Notes: generated by a model from the sequence alone, not told the origin. A DNA stretch of 64,000 bases from Arcobacteraceae bacterium (GCA_963662945.1 OY759974.1:576001-640000); one strand, 5' to 3'. Positions 29,601-40,927 are shown, counted from the first letter of the stretch. Translations and numbers: made by a program.

Positions 29601-31100
29601 AAAGTTTCTTTTTACATTTGAAAAACATGCTAATGGAGTATCATCTCCCATAGAACCAGTTGGTTCTTTTCCATCATCAGCCATAGGAATAATCATCTGA
29701 TCTAATGTTTCATAAGTGATATTTGCATATTTTTGTCTATGTTCTAAATCATCAAATTTATAATCTTCTAAATCTGTAAATGTATCTTCTACATATTCTT
29801 GAAGATATTGCATATTTGATGTAAGCCATTTTTCATAATTTTGAGTAGATTTTAAATAATTATTGATATCATCATTTTTTAATATTTTACCACTATTTAA
29901 ATCAACAGCAATCATTTGACCACTTTGTAATCTTCCTCTATCAATAATCTCTTCATCAGGAATTAATACTGTTCCATATTCACTTGTGATAAAAAGTCTA
30001 TCATCTTTTGTTTGAAAATATTTTGATGGTCTTAAACCGTTTCTATCAATTAAACACCCTATATGTCTTCCATCTGTTAAAGATACTGCTGCTGGACCAT
30101 CCCAAGCTTCAAATCTAATTGCACAATATTCATAAAAAGCTCTTAATTCTGAGTCCATATATGGAGCATTTTGCCAAGGAGCTGGAACTAAACTTCGTGC
30201 AGCTTTAAAAAAGTCCATACCATTTATCATTAGAAATTCAAACATATTATCTAAAGAGGCACTATCACTTCCACCATCTTGTAAAAGTGGGAAAATTCTT
30301 TCCAATTCTTCATCACTAAATATTTCAGATTTTATTGCTTCTGTTTTTACTAATACATTAAATCTATTTGCTTCAACAGAGTTTATCTCACCGTTGTGTG
30401 CTATTCCTCTAAATGGTTGCGCAAGTCTCCATTTTGGTAATGTATTTGTTGAGAATCTTTGGTGAAAGAGTGCAAAAGATATTTTGAAATCTTGATCATT
30501 TAAATCAAGATAAAACTGCTTAATAGTAGTAGGCATAACAAGCCCTTTATAAGCAATCACTTTTGAACTAAATGTTGGAATATAAAAATCTTCTTGATCT
30601 TTTAATGCGTGTTCTGATTCTTTTCTTGCAAGATATAACATCGCATCAAATCTTTTTGAAGAGATTAAAGTATTTGGTACAACAAATACTTGTGTAATCT
30701 CAGGTAATATTGCTAAGGCTTGTTCACCTAAAGCATCTGTATTTACAGGAACTTCTCTACTTAACAATACTTTTAAATCATTTTTCTCACAATAATATTT
30801 AAAAGTTTCTAGCTGTGCTTCCCCTTTTGAAAATACCATTGCAACTGCATAAAGCTTTGGAAGGTCAACTCCATTTTGCATTGCAACTTTTCGCATAAAC
30901 TCATCTGGAATTGATAAAAGCAATCCACTTCCATCTCCACTTTTACCATCAGCTGCAACTGCACCTCTGTGCATCATTCTCTCTAATGCTGTTATAGCAT
31001 CCTCTAAATTTTGATGTGTTTGTTTATTTTTTAAGTGAGCTACTAGTCCAAACCCACAATTGTCTTTGAAAGAAGTTAATTTGTCTAAATTACATCCCAT
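26664..31100 (-). CDS. gltB: Glutamate synthase large subunit
   Basis: NCGFG, HQRFSTNT, AHNGEIN, QGAKPGEGGQL and SPPPHHDIYSIEDL motifs. Confidence 0.97.
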   Translation of the reverse strand: MGCNLDKLTSFKDNCGFGLVAHLKNKQTHQNLEDAITALERMMHRGAVAADGKSGDGSGLLLSIPDEFMRKVAMQNGVDLPKLYAVAMVFSKGEAQLETFKYYCEKNDLKVLLSREVPVNTDALGEQALAILPEITQVFVVPNTLISSKRFDAMLYLARKESEHALKDQEDFYIPTFSSKVIAYKGLVMPTTIKQFYLDLNDQDFKISFALFHQRFSTNTLPKWRLAQPFRGIAHNGEINSVEANRFNVLVKTEAIKSEIFSDEELERIFPLLQDGGSDSASLDNMFEFLMINGMDFFKAARSLVPAPWQNAPYMDSELRAFYEYCAIRFEAWDGPAAVSLTDGRHIGCLIDRNGLRPSKYFQTKDDRLFITSEYGTVLIPDEEIIDRGRLQSGQMIAVDLNSGKILKNDDINNYLKSTQNYEKWLTSNMQYLQEYVEDTFTDLEDYKFDDLEHRQKYANITYETLDQMIIPMADDGKEPTGSMGDDTPLACFSNVKRNFTDFFRQKFAQVTNPPIDPYREKIVMSLNTGLGHAYNVLEESEHNSKRLKAVSPILMKEKFDVMKRFGDAKDPLYDEDFQNKNFSTTFTTDLETSLKNLYLNVKDAVINENISIVILDDRDVSKDSKVIPMAMAVGYINHQLQNDKIRSRVSIVAVTSEVYDPHSAAVLIAFGVSVIYPYMMYASIVSYYERKNISHYELQKKLKNSMKAIGAGLLKIMSKMGIATIASYRNSSLFDIMGLSDQIVKDCFEHANSDLAGLGYEDIEKRIEVVHYDAYFDDKSMFPLNMGGFYKYIDGGEYHDYAPAITHAMHNKNATDKEDISDFKGLKSLVENRGQKFIRDFFEFNSDKAAISIDEVESKEEVFKRFAAAAMSCGSISVEAHEAIAVAMNTIGAQSNSGEGGEDPARFGTLKNSKIKQVASGRFGVTPGYLVNCEELQIKLAQGAKPGEGGQLPGSKVTPMIATLRHTTPGVTLISPPPHHDIYSIEDLAQLIFDLKQINPKAKVAVKLVSSIGVGTIASGVAKAYADKIIISGADGGTGAAPLTSIKHTGNAWELGLSEAHNSLKANHLRGMVHLQTDGGLKTGLDVVKAAMLGAESYAFGTSVLTLLGCKILRICHTNKCSVGVATQDEDLREKFSGTVERLISYFEFLAQDVREILASLGYTSLEQIIGRSDLLKVLDDEFSQKFDFQNVLRRIDGVDTCQVNSNVPYDQNEDSHKLLRKVLPTIQSPSIPVTVDAQISNLNRSFGTLTSGEIAKRYGDAGLPEDTITYNLTGVAGQSFGTFLSRGVSIYLDGIANDYVGKGMSGGKVVIKPTLQGSEYAGAGNTCLYGATGGKLYVRASVGERFAVRNSGAIAVVEGTGDSPCEYMTGGIVVILGQTGINFGAGMTGGLAFIYDPHREFTDKMNQELIEALRIDTDDTELERIYLKNTLKDYLKETESLKAEEILEDFRSEIRNFWMVKPKDMTILPLNPEQGD

Positions 31101-31233
31101 TATTTTCCTTTATGTGTTTTATCTCTATTTATTAAAATTTGTTTGTATTTAAGAGATAGTCTAAGATTATCTTACATTATTACGGCGATTTTATCTAATT
31201 TTTGTTTAAAATGGCGTTAAATAAAAACAATAA

Positions 31234-31266
31234 AAAAAGGTGATAGAAAAACTCTATCACCTTTTT
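31234..31266 (-). terminator. Intrinsic terminator after glnA
   Basis: AAAAAGGTGATAGA / TCTATCACCTTTTT perfect stem with A/T tails. Confidence 0.85.
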
Positions 31267-31292
31267 AAAACCCTAATAAATAAAAATTTATA

Positions 31293-32720
31293 TTAACAAG
31301 AATAAGTACTGATAAACTCAAACGCAGTTGGTCTAGCTTCATCTGGCCAAACTTGTCTTTCAAATAAATAATGTTGATATGTATCAACAAATTCTTTTGT
31401 AAATACAGGTTGTAAGAATTCATTATCTCTAATTAAAGCTTCTAAAGAACCTCTTAATGTATGTGGCATTTGAGGAATACCTTTCTCTCTAATCTCATCT
31501 AAACTTAATTCAAATAAATCTTCATCCATTGGTCCTACTGGTACATCTTTATTTTTAATACCATCAAGTCCAGCCATCATCATAGCTGCAAATGCTAAGT
31601 ATGGACAAGCTGTTGAATCTGGGAATCTCATCTCAACTCTTACAGCTTTTTCACCAGCTCCATAAGGGATTCTACAAGATGCAGATCTATTTTGTGAAGA
31701 GTAAGTTAAAATTGATGGTGCTTCAAATCCTGGAATTAATCTTTTGTATGAGTTTGTTGATGGATTTGTAAATGCAGCAACTGCACGTGCGTGTTTAAAA
31801 ATTCCACCTACATAGTTTAGTGCCATCTCTGAAAGGTTTCCGTATGCACCTTCTTGGAAGAATAAGTTTTTACCATCTTTCCATAATGATTGGTGTACGT
31901 GCATACCATTTCCATTATCACCATAAAGTGGTTTTGGCATAAATGTACAAGTTTTACCATTTAAGTGTGCAACCATTTTACATACATATTTGTATTTTTG
32001 TACGTTATCTGCAGCTCCAATAATATCACTAAAAACAATACCAATCTCACCTTGTCCTTGTGCAACTTCATGGTGTCCAAGAACAACTTCTAAACCAACC
32101 TCTTCAAGAACTTGCATCATCTCTGCTCTTAAATCTACCATAGAATCTGTTGGTTGTACTGGGAAGTATCCACCTTTTGTTCTTGGTCTATGTCCCATAT
32201 TTCCCATTTCATAATCTACATTATCAGCCCATTCACCCTCTGTAGAATCAATTCTATATCCTGATTCATTGATAGAATCTTTAAACTGAACACTGTCAAA
32301 AATAAAGAATTCATTTTCTGGACCAAAATATGCTGCATCAGCTATACCTAAATCTTCTGCATGTTTTAATGCTTTTTTAGCAATACTTCTTGGACATTTT
32401 GCGTATAATTCATTTTTATAAATATCATATACATCACAAATTACTATAATTGTTGCATCAGCCGTAAAAGGATCTAAAAATGCTGTTGGAACATCTGGTT
32501 TTAATAACATATCTGATTTATTAATTGGCTGCCATGCATCAATACTAGAACCATCAAATGGTAGTCCATTTTCAAGTTGACTTGCACTTACTGCACTCAT
32601 TCTATATGAAATATGATGCCAAGCACCTTTAATATCTGTAAATCTAAAATCAACGAATTCTACTTCATTCTCTTCACAATATTTAAAAAATTCTTCTGTG
32701 TTATTCACAAATTTACCCAT
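31293..32720 (-). CDS. glnA: Glutamine synthetase type I
   Basis: [29 protein letters not shown] and NRSASCRIP motifs. Confidence 0.97.
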   Translation of the reverse strand: MGKFVNNTEEFFKYCEENEVEFVDFRFTDIKGAWHHISYRMSAVSASQLENGLPFDGSSIDAWQPINKSDMLLKPDVPTAFLDPFTADATIIVICDVYDIYKNELYAKCPRSIAKKALKHAEDLGIADAAYFGPENEFFIFDSVQFKDSINESGYRIDSTEGEWADNVDYEMGNMGHRPRTKGGYFPVQPTDSMVDLRAEMMQVLEEVGLEVVLGHHEVAQGQGEIGIVFSDIIGAADNVQKYKYVCKMVAHLNGKTCTFMPKPLYGDNGNGMHVHQSLWKDGKNLFFQEGAYGNLSEMALNYVGGIFKHARAVAAFTNPSTNSYKRLIPGFEAPSILTYSSQNRSASCRIPYGAGEKAVRVEMRFPDSTACPYLAFAAMMMAGLDGIKNKDVPVGPMDEDLFELSLDEIREKGIPQMPHTLRGSLEALIRDNEFLQPVFTKEFVDTYQHYLFERQVWPDEARPTAFEFISTYSC

Positions 32721-32875
32721 ATACTTAACTCCTGTATTATTTTTATACCATTTTAGCTGATTATATCAAAAAGTTACGTTAATTTTTGTACATAAAACAT
32801 ACAAAATACTATTTTTACATTAAAATTGTATAATACCAAAAACAATCTAATAATTTTTAAGATAGAAGGAGTTTT

Positions 32876-33547
32876 ATGACACAAAATCAAGCAGTAAAAA
32901 ACTTAGATGACATAATAACGAAAATAGAATTTTCGAGACTTCAAGTAAGTGATCATCATATTGTACAACTTGTTGCAATTAGTAAATATTCAACAGCCCA
33001 AGATATACAAACCCTTTATGAAGCAGGTCAGCGAGCTTTTGGAGAAAACAAAGTACAAGATTTAAAAGAGAAGCAAGAGATATTAAAAGACTTACCAATT
33101 GCATGGCATTTCGTGGGAAGTTTACAAAAAAATAAAATCAATAATCTTATAGATTGTAATCCAACTTTAATGCACTCTCTTGATAGTCTAGATTTGGCAC
33201 AAGAATTAGACAAAAAATTAAAAGCAAAAAATAAAACAATGAGATGTTTACTTCAAATAAACTCTGCTTACGAAGATACAAAATCAGGAGTTGATCCAAA
33301 AGAAGCAATTGCTATTTATAATGAAATTCAAGAAAAATACACAAATATAAAACTTGTTGGGGTTATGAGTATTGGTGCTCATAGTGAAAAGAAAGAAGAG
33401 ATATTAAAAAGCTTTCAAACTACAAAAAATATCTTTGATCAATGCCCTGATGCAACAATATGTTCAATGGGTATGAGTGGAGATTTTGAACTTGCTATTG
33501 CAAATGGAAGCAATATGATACGAGTCGGAAGTGCTTTATTTAAATAA
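32876..33547 (+). CDS. yggS: YggS-family PLP homeostasis protein
   Basis: VAISK, FGENKVQ, WHFVG.LQKNK and SMGMSGDF motifs. Confidence 0.93.
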   Translation: MTQNQAVKNLDDIITKIEFSRLQVSDHHIVQLVAISKYSTAQDIQTLYEAGQRAFGENKVQDLKEKQEILKDLPIAWHFVGSLQKNKINNLIDCNPTLMHSLDSLDLAQELDKKLKAKNKTMRCLLQINSAYEDTKSGVDPKEAIAIYNEIQEKYTNIKLVGVMSIGAHSEKKEEILKSFQTTKNIFDQCPDATICSMGMSGDFELAIANGSNMIRVGSALFK

Positions 33548-33553
33548 CACTTC

Positions 33554-33967
33554 TTATTCTTTCACTGTTTCTAAACCTTTGTCAATCCAACCGTAATTAA
33601 TTCCACCATCTAATTCTTGCACGTATTTATATCCAAGTTGTAATCCTAATAATTCACCTACCGCTTTCGTTCTATTTGCATGGGCACACACAAGGATAAA
33701 AGGTTGTTCTTTTGAAGTCACTATTTTAGTAAACTTATCCATCCACACATTAATATCATATCTACCTTGTCCATCAAAAAAAGTAAGTTTATGACTACCT
33801 TTTATTATACCAAATCGTTCCCACTCATCTGGTCGTCTTATATCTATCACCACAATACCATTTTTTATGGCTTCTTGTACTTGCGTTGTTTTTAATGTTG
33901 TAAAACCAGCCATTAATGTTTCTGCCATCAATAACACTCCTAATATAATTATTTTTAATCTACTCAT
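33554..33967 (-). CDS. Periplasmic rhodanese-like protein
   Basis: IDIRRPDEW..GII.GS, LVCAHANRT, LDGGI..W; signal-like N-terminus from ATG 33967. Confidence 0.8.
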   Translation of the reverse strand: MSRLKIIILGVLLMAETLMAGFTTLKTTQVQEAIKNGIVVIDIRRPDEWERFGIIKGSHKLTFFDGQGRYDINVWMDKFTKIVTSKEQPFILVCAHANRTKAVGELLGLQLGYKYVQELDGGINYGWIDKGLETVKE

Positions 33968-35168
33968 TTCGTAATACATCCAATACGTCTATTTGTGTTG
34001 CTTTTTTTGATGGATAATAAGATGATAAAAACACTATTATCATACTTCCAACAACTATAGAAATAAAGTCTACAATATCTAATACTAAAGGTAATTTTGT
34101 TGTTCCATACACATCAGCAGGAAGGGAAATAATATCAAAATTTTCAAGTAAATATATTCCACTAAAACCTAACATAATTCCAAGTATAATACCAGTATAT
34201 CCAATAATTACACCCAGTCGTAAAAAAATATGTTTTACCTCTTTTTCACTTGCACCCAGTGATAAAAGTAAAGCTATCTCTTTTCGTCTACTCATAACAG
34301 TCATTAAAAGAGAACTAATAATATTTAATGATGCGATTAAAATAATCAGCATTAAAACAACAAAAAGAGCTTTTTTTTCCATTTCCATTGCTGCAAAAAA
34401 ATTCCCATTTTGTTGCCACCAACCAATTACACCCACTCCAAAACTAGGTAACTCTTTTTTAATAAGTTCTATGTCTTTAAATGGATTATCACTATAAATA
34501 TGTATTCCATCATAGTATGTATCACTTTTTTTCAATAAAGTTCTCAAAGCATCAATAGAAGTATACATATAAGCTTTATCATAAGCTGTTAGCCCAGATT
34601 TGAACTCACCACTATAAACAAATCTTTTCATTTTTGGCATCATTGAAAAGCCACTTGGATTAATAGTAGTAAAATATAAAGTAACCTTTTGTTCATCATA
34701 AAGATACAAACTATCTTTGATCCCTTGCCCAACAATAAGATGATATTTCCCTAAATTAGTTAATTTATCTGCTGTTTGTTTATAAATTTTATTTATTGAT
34801 GATTCTTTATCTTTATCAACACCAAAAATAACACCACCACCCATAGATTCATCACTTTGTACCATAACCTGAGAAGTAAGATATGGTGAAAATTTTAAAT
34901 TTGGGAATTTTTTTTCTAATTGTTGCAGTAGTTCTTCATTTACAGTACCTTCGATTTGAGGATAAATACTTAACGGATAATTCATCGTAAAAAGTTTATC
35001 TTTAAACTCTTTTGCTGTTCCATTCATAATAGCCATTGCAACTATAAGTACCATTACTCCAACACTTACACCAACAAATGCCAAAATGGCACTTATAGAG
35101 ATAAATGGATTTTTTTTATCAAATTTAAGATACTTTCTTATTATAAAATTAATTAATTTTGTATTCAA
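33960..35168 (-). CDS. Lipoprotein-release ABC permease (LolC/E, LolF-type)
   Basis: FtsX-type permease; MEK.ALF.VLMLIIL.ASLNIISSL.M.V..R.KEIA.L.S.GA. Confidence 0.85.
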   Translation of the reverse strand: MNTKLINFIIRKYLKFDKKNPFISISAILAFVGVSVGVMVLIVAMAIMNGTAKEFKDKLFTMNYPLSIYPQIEGTVNEELLQQLEKKFPNLKFSPYLTSQVMVQSDESMGGGVIFGVDKDKESSINKIYKQTADKLTNLGKYHLIVGQGIKDSLYLYDEQKVTLYFTTINPSGFSMMPKMKRFVYSGEFKSGLTAYDKAYMYTSIDALRTLLKKSDTYYDGIHIYSDNPFKDIELIKKELPSFGVGVIGWWQQNGNFFAAMEMEKKALFVVLMLIILIASLNIISSLLMTVMSRRKEIALLLSLGASEKEVKHIFLRLGVIIGYTGIILGIMLGFSGIYLLENFDIISLPADVYGTTKLPLVLDIVDFISIVVGSMIIVFLSSYYPSKKATQIDVLDVLRNE

Positions 35169-35177
35169 GTATTTTAC

Positions 35178-37796
35178 CTAATTTCTTGCCAAAAGTCCTT
35201 TTTTAGGACCACTTTGTCCACAACATTGTTTATATTTTTTTCCACTTCCACAAGGACAAGGAGAATTTCTAGGAATTTTCTTTTCTGTCGTTGTTTGTTG
35301 TTCTTCATTATTTAAAGAGATATCGTCAATTGTATGTTCCATCTCTTCTCTTAATTTTTCAATAGCTTCTCTTTCTCTTTCCATCTCTGCTTCATCTCTT
35401 AATTGAACAGAAAATAGTATTCGAATAATTTCAAATTTAATAGAACTGATTAATTCTAAGAACATATTATATGATTCTTTTTTATACTCAACAAGTGGAT
35501 CTTTTTGGTTATAACCTCTAAGCCCAATACCTGTTTTTAATGTATCCATTGAGTATAAGTGTTCTCTATATGCTTTATCTAAAACTTGAAGATAAAGTAT
35601 TCTTTCAATCTCACTTCTTTGTTCTGGTGCAGGTGCAGACATTTTTTGTTCATAAATATCTTTTAATATTTTCACTAATTTTTCATACATTTCATCAAAA
35701 TCATTTGATTCGATATCTGCTTTTGTAATGTCAACATTTAAATCTTCTTTGATTTTAAGGACAACATTTTCATAGTTAAAATCTTCAATCATAACACTAT
35801 GACTTACATCTTTCGCATTTTCAATAGTAACAGCTACAAATTCACCAATATTTTCATCTATTTTACTTGCAATATCATAATCTTCATTTAAAAGATTATT
35901 TCTAAAACTATAGATAACTTTTCTTTGTTCATTTGCTACATCATCATATTCAAGTAGATGTTTTCTTGATTCAAAGTGCATTGACTCAACTTTTTTCTGT
36001 GCGTTTTCAACTGCTCTTGTAACCATACCAGACTCAATATGTTCACCCTCTTCAAGTCCAAGTCTACTCATAACTCCAGCAATTTTGTCACTTCCAAAAA
36101 TTCGTAAAAGATTATCTTCTAAACTTAAATAAAATTGTGACTCACCAACATCCCCTTGTCTTCCAGCACGACCTCGAAGCTGATTATCAATTCTTCTACT
36201 TTCATGTCTCTCTGTTCCAATGATAACTAATCCACCAAGTTCTAAACACTCTTGTGGCAATTTAATATCAACTCCACGTCCAGCCATATTTGTTGCAATA
36301 GTTACAGCACCTTTTAGTCCTGCATCCTCAACAATTTTTCCCTCTTTTTCATGTTGTTTTGCATTTAAAACTGTATGTGGGATTTTCTCTTTTTTCAACA
36401 ACTCATGAAGTTTTTCTGATTTTTCAATACTTGCCGTTCCAACTAAAATCGGTTGGCCTGTTTTATGAATCTCTTTTATTCTATTACAAACAGCAATAAA
36501 CTTTTCTCTTTCTGTTTTATAAATAAGGTCATTTTTATCGATTCTTTTAATAGGAACATTTGTAGGAATTGACACAACATCTAAATTATAAATCTCAGCA
36601 AACTCTGTCGCTTCTGTTTGTGCAGTTCCTGTCATACCAGCTAACTTATCATACATTCTAAAATAGTTTTGGAAAGTAATATCCGCTAAGGTTTGAGATT
36701 CTTCTTTAATTTCAACACCCTCTTTTGCTTCCAATGCTTGATGTAATCCATCGCTAAATCTTCTACCTTCACTTAAACGTCCAGTAAACTCATCAACAAT
36801 TACTACTTCACCATTTTGAACTACATAATCAACATCTTTTTCAAATAAATTATTTGCTTTTAAAGCTTGGTCAAGATTGTGAGAAAGTGAAGCATGTTCT
36901 AGTGAGTAAAGATTATCAACCCCAAATAACTCTTGTGCTTTTTCAATACCAGCTTCAGTTAAAAGTACCACTTTATTTTTTTCATCTACTGTATAATCTC
37001 CAGTAACTTCATCTGACTCACTTGGATTTTTAGCCTCTTTTCTTTCACCTTTTTCTAGTTTTAAAGCTATTTGATGTGATCTTACATAATCAGAATTTTT
37101 ATGACTTGTAGGACCTGAAATAATTAAAGGTGTTCTTGCTTCATCAATTAAAATTGAATCCACCTCATCCACTATAACAAAATTATATTCTCTTTGTACT
37201 TGCTCTTCAAGTGAGTAGTGCATATTATCTCGTAAAAAATCAAATCCAAATTCATTATTTGTACCATAAGTGATATCTGCATTATATTGTTCTTTTCGCT
37301 CACCATCACTCCCAATAGCTGCAGTTAACGCACCAACACTAAATCCTAAAAAATTATATAAAGGCTCTAATTCTTTTGCATCTCTACTAGCTAAATAATC
37401 ATTTACAGTTACAACATGTACACCTTTTCCACTTAAAGCATTTAATGCAACTGCAAGTGTACCAACAAGAGTTTTTCCCTCTCCAGTTTTCATTTCTGCA
37501 ATTCTTCCATCATGTAAAACCATACCACCGATAAGTTGTACATCATAATGTCTCATACCTAAAACTCTTTTACTTGCTTCTCTTGTGATTGCAAAACTAT
37601 CTACTAGTACTTCATTTAAAGTTTTTGTATTATTTTGAACTTCTGTTTTTAGTTCGTTAAATCTTTGTTGTAATTCTTCATTTGAAAGTGCAGAGTAAGA
37701 CTCTTCTAAAGCATTAATAAGCTCTACTCTTTTTCTATACTTTTTAACCTCTTTATCATTTCGTGTACCAAATATTTTTGAAAAGATATTTAACAT
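35178..37796 (-). CDS. secA: Preprotein translocase ATPase SecA
   Basis: [28 protein letters not shown]-terminal [13 protein letters not shown]. Confidence 0.98.
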   Translation of the reverse strand: MLNIFSKIFGTRNDKEVKKYRKRVELINALEESYSALSNEELQQRFNELKTEVQNNTKTLNEVLVDSFAITREASKRVLGMRHYDVQLIGGMVLHDGRIAEMKTGEGKTLVGTLAVALNALSGKGVHVVTVNDYLASRDAKELEPLYNFLGFSVGALTAAIGSDGERKEQYNADITYGTNNEFGFDFLRDNMHYSLEEQVQREYNFVIVDEVDSILIDEARTPLIISGPTSHKNSDYVRSHQIALKLEKGERKEAKNPSESDEVTGDYTVDEKNKVVLLTEAGIEKAQELFGVDNLYSLEHASLSHNLDQALKANNLFEKDVDYVVQNGEVVIVDEFTGRLSEGRRFSDGLHQALEAKEGVEIKEESQTLADITFQNYFRMYDKLAGMTGTAQTEATEFAEIYNLDVVSIPTNVPIKRIDKNDLIYKTEREKFIAVCNRIKEIHKTGQPILVGTASIEKSEKLHELLKKEKIPHTVLNAKQHEKEGKIVEDAGLKGAVTIATNMAGRGVDIKLPQECLELGGLVIIGTERHESRRIDNQLRGRAGRQGDVGESQFYLSLEDNLLRIFGSDKIAGVMSRLGLEEGEHIESGMVTRAVENAQKKVESMHFESRKHLLEYDDVANEQRKVIYSFRNNLLNEDYDIASKIDENIGEFVAVTIENAKDVSHSVMIEDFNYENVVLKIKEDLNVDITKADIESNDFDEMYEKLVKILKDIYEQKMSAPAPEQRSEIERILYLQVLDKAYREHLYSMDTLKTGIGLRGYNQKDPLVEYKKESYNMFLELISSIKFEIIRILFSVQLRDEAEMEREREAIEKLREEMEHTIDDISLNNEEQQTTTEKKIPRNSPCPCGSGKKYKQCCGQSGPKKGLLARN

Positions 37797-38354
37797 CTAT
37801 AGTGTTCCTTGTTGTATTTTTGTAAGTAAAATCGCTTAAGACGATATATGCTATGATTTGAAGCCCTTATTTTATCTAAAGGTTTGTTATGAAGTTATTA
37901 AGCCAGTGAAGTTTCACATGACATAATAATTTCTAAATATGCAGCATTTTATGGTTTACACACTTTTGCTACTTAAACTATATTGACAAATATTTAAATT
38001 GTAAAGACATTACATCGTACAAAACTAGTACAATTGAGTTTTATTCTCTATTCGCAAAAGATGCTAAAAATAAAACTATAATATTTTGAGATTTTCTGAA
38101 TATAGCGGTGGTCGAGGAGATGTTTGAACTCTTTTCTAAAATCAACAAACCCCTTAACTAAAGGGAATAAAATTAAAAAAATTCGCTCATAACTAACTGA
38201 AAACTATAAATGTAGAACAATTGTTCTACAATTTATCTCCATCTATAAGTCAATAAGACACTACTTATATGTCTACGTTCTCAAAAAGTTTGATAATTCA
38301 TCATTATTTCCTTATAATATCATATCGTAATAATTCTATATATAAATTATTATG

Positions 38355-38368
38355 TTGACTTACATCAA
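38355..38368 (+). promoter_or_regulatory. FNR/Nss-type box TTGACTTACATCAA upstream of the Crp/Fnr gene
   Basis: TTGA-N6-TCAA; 22 nt before TAGGAT (38391-38396). Confidence 0.7.
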
Positions 38369-38402
38369 ACTAAAAATATTAATTATAAGATAGGATATTA
38401 TT

Positions 38403-39065
38403 ATGACAAATATGACAGAAACTATTAAAAAAATTAACCTTTTTGCACATTTAGATGATGAGTCTTTAGAGAAATTAGCTTCGATATCTTACTTGTCAAA
38501 ATTTGATAAAGATGCTATTTTATACTATGAATCAGATTCAATAGATAAAATACTTTTTTTAATCACTGGACTTATAAAAGTGTATAAAATAGACAAATAT
38601 GATAATGAGATATTTTTATATTATATCTACCCAAACAGTATGATATCAGAGTTATCAAATCTCAATCATAATAAAATTAGGTGCTTCTCAAATACGGAAT
38701 TTGTAGAGGACAGTTTAATGCTTTCAATAGATTATAAAAAGTTTAAAGAGTTTTTTTTACTAGATAATGAACTTGCGTTAAAATTTATAGAAGAGATTAT
38801 ATACAAAAACCAACAATTACAATGTATTGTCAACCGCGAATTAGTATTTGATGCTACTTCAAAAGTTGCCTTTATGTTAGTCAATGACTTGGATATGTTT
38901 AATCAACTTAAACGAAATCAAGTAGCTTTAATGTTACATATTCAACCAGAAACCCTCTCCCGAGTTTTAAACAGACTTATGAGAAATAAAACAATAAATA
39001 TAGATAAAGGAAATGTAATCATCGAAAATATCGAAGAGTTACAAAGTATCTATTTAGGAGTATAA
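38403..39065 (+). CDS. Crp/Fnr-family regulator (Nss/DNR-like, no N-terminal Fe-S Cys cluster)
   Basis: cNMP-binding fold N-terminus; HTH recognition helix QPETLSRVL. Confidence 0.88.
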   Translation: MTNMTETIKKINLFAHLDDESLEKLASISYLSKFDKDAILYYESDSIDKILFLITGLIKVYKIDKYDNEIFLYYIYPNSMISELSNLNHNKIRCFSNTEFVEDSLMLSIDYKKFKEFFLLDNELALKFIEEIIYKNQQLQCIVNRELVFDATSKVAFMLVNDLDMFNQLKRNQVALMLHIQPETLSRVLNRLMRNKTINIDKGNVIIENIEELQSIYLGV

Positions 39066-39067
39066 AC

Positions 39068-40057
39068 GTGAAAAATATTAGTGTAAGTCAAAAAATAAAA
39101 GTATTAGCATCTCTTTTAATAATAACTGTTTTTTCAGTTATTAGTATAACCATATATTTAAATCAAAAAAATGTAAAAGATGCCACTATTGTCAACCTTG
39201 CTGGTAAACAAAGAATGCTAACTCAAAAAATCACAAAAAATATTTTTTATCTTCATCAATATAAGACAAATAATTTTTCAGAACTTGACAATGCAATTTC
39301 AGAGTTTAACCATGGACTCAGAACATTAAAAGATGGAAATAAACTTTTGGGTATAGCACCTGCCCCAACGCAGGATATTAGTAACCAAATAGCAAAAGTG
39401 ATCATTTTGTGGGATAGTTTCGAAAAAAATACCAACAATTTTAAAGTAGCTTTAATGAACAATGATATTAATCAGCTAAATGCAATTTTAAAATATATTA
39501 ATTCATCAAATAATAAATTACTTGAAGAGGTAGACACTATTGTAACTCTCTATACAAAACATATTGAACAAAAAACAGATTTTATTAAAAATTTTCAATA
39601 TCTTTCATTTTCTTTTTTATTTGTTTTTACACTTTATGCACTTATTCAACTAAGACAAATAGAAGCACATGCAAGAGAATTTATAGAAAAATCTAAAAAA
39701 ATAAGTTCTAATGATTTAGAAAATATTGAACTTTTAGATATGAATGGAGAGAGTGAATTTGTTGAGATGGCAGATAGTTTCAACTGCTTTATCAATAAAG
39801 TCTCAAGTGCTATGGACTCTTCACAAATTGCACTAGAACAATCAAAACTAGCTTCTGCTAAGCTTGAAAGTCTTACTAATGAATTTAGTGATATTATTAA
39901 AGAACTTGAAAATAGACCAGAGATATCAAGACAGCTGGACAAAAGTGAAGATATTGTTATAGAGTCAACAGAAGATTTAATGAAGTCTACAAAAAAACTA
40001 CAAAATTTAAAAGATGAACTAGATAAGTTACTTACAAACTGCAAGTCCAATATATAG
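39068..40057 (+). CDS. Membrane sensor with NarX/PilJ-like periplasmic domain and short cytoplasmic coiled coil
   Basis: TM - VNLAGKQRMLTQK (P-box-like) - TM - HAMP-like (EF.EMADSFN); no kinase or full MCP domain. Confidence 0.7.
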   Translation: MKNISVSQKIKVLASLLIITVFSVISITIYLNQKNVKDATIVNLAGKQRMLTQKITKNIFYLHQYKTNNFSELDNAISEFNHGLRTLKDGNKLLGIAPAPTQDISNQIAKVIILWDSFEKNTNNFKVALMNNDINQLNAILKYINSSNNKLLEEVDTIVTLYTKHIEQKTDFIKNFQYLSFSFLFVFTLYALIQLRQIEAHAREFIEKSKKISSNDLENIELLDMNGESEFVEMADSFNCFINKVSSAMDSSQIALEQSKLASAKLESLTNEFSDIIKELENRPEISRQLDKSEDIVIESTEDLMKSTKKLQNLKDELDKLLTNCKSNI

Positions 40058-40062
40058 CTAAA

Positions 40063-40506
40063 TTAGCTATATATTACTCGTCGTATATTCTCTTTATCAA
40101 TATTTCTATAATTATCATAAAGTTTTTGAAATTTTAATTTATCCTCATATGAAATAGGCACCCGTATAGATTTGTATTCTACTAGTTTATCATCTTTATA
40201 CACACCGCTAATTGTGGCATGAACCCAATAGTATCCCGTGTCTTTTCGTAAGTTTTTTACTACACCTGTCCATTGTTGTTGATTTTGAAGTTTATTCCAC
40301 ATCTCTTTATAAGCCCGTTTGGGCATATCTGGATGACGAACGATACTATGCGGCTGTCCAATGAGTTCCTCGACACTATATCCAGAAATTTGTGCAAAAG
40401 TTTCATTCGCATAAGTTATGACACCTTTTAAATCAGTTCTTGAAATGATAAGCTCATCTTTTGGAACTATAGTTTCTATCAAAAATTCACTTTGATTATA
40501 TTCCAT
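40063..40506 (-). CDS. Stand-alone PAS protein (Aer/CetB-like)
   Basis: ISRTDLKGVITYAN, RHPDMP and KN.RKD.GYYWV motifs. Confidence 0.85.
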   Translation of the reverse strand: MEYNQSEFLIETIVPKDELIISRTDLKGVITYANETFAQISGYSVEELIGQPHSIVRHPDMPKRAYKEMWNKLQNQQQWTGVVKNLRKDTGYYWVHATISGVYKDDKLVEYKSIRVPISYEDKLKFQKLYDNYRNIDKENIRRVIYS

Positions 40507-40533
40507 AATATTTTCCTTTGTACTTTTAGCTAC

Positions 40534-40917
40534 TTAATCTACTCTATCAAAATCAGCAGCAAATCCTTCTAAATCTTTTTTCTTCAAATCACCTCTATAG
40601 ATAACATTATCTAAATCTATAGTATCATCATTTAACATTTTTGGTACGGCATCTGCATTGTCTAATATTTCCATATGTTCATTTAGTTCATCTTCACTAT
40701 ATGCCATTTGCATATCTGCTGCTATTACATGAGGTATAGCTTCTATAACTCTTAGTTTCTCTAACTCCTCTTTTACACCATTTCCCTCAATAGTGATAAT
40801 AATTCGCCCCTTTTCATCATGCATATGATAATCACATACTTCACAACTTTTTAAACTTTCTACAACCTCATCTAAATACTTTGGTACCGTTTGTACTACT
40901 ATACTTGAAATATTCAT
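40534..40917 (-). CDS. napD: NapA chaperone
   Basis: MNISSIVV..., GRIIITIEG; last gene of the nap operon. Confidence 0.88.
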   Translation of the reverse strand: MNISSIVVQTVPKYLDEVVESLKSCEVCDYHMHDEKGRIIITIEGNGVKEELEKLRVIEAIPHVIAADMQMAYSEDELNEHMEILDNADAVPKMLNDDTIDLDNVIYRGDLKKKDLEGFAADFDRVD

Positions 40918-40927
40918 TATTAACTCC

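Noticed and set aside
38100-38140. tRNA gene
   Set aside because: Only a degenerate T-loop/acceptor-like fragment; T-stem does not pair and there is no D or anticodon arm.
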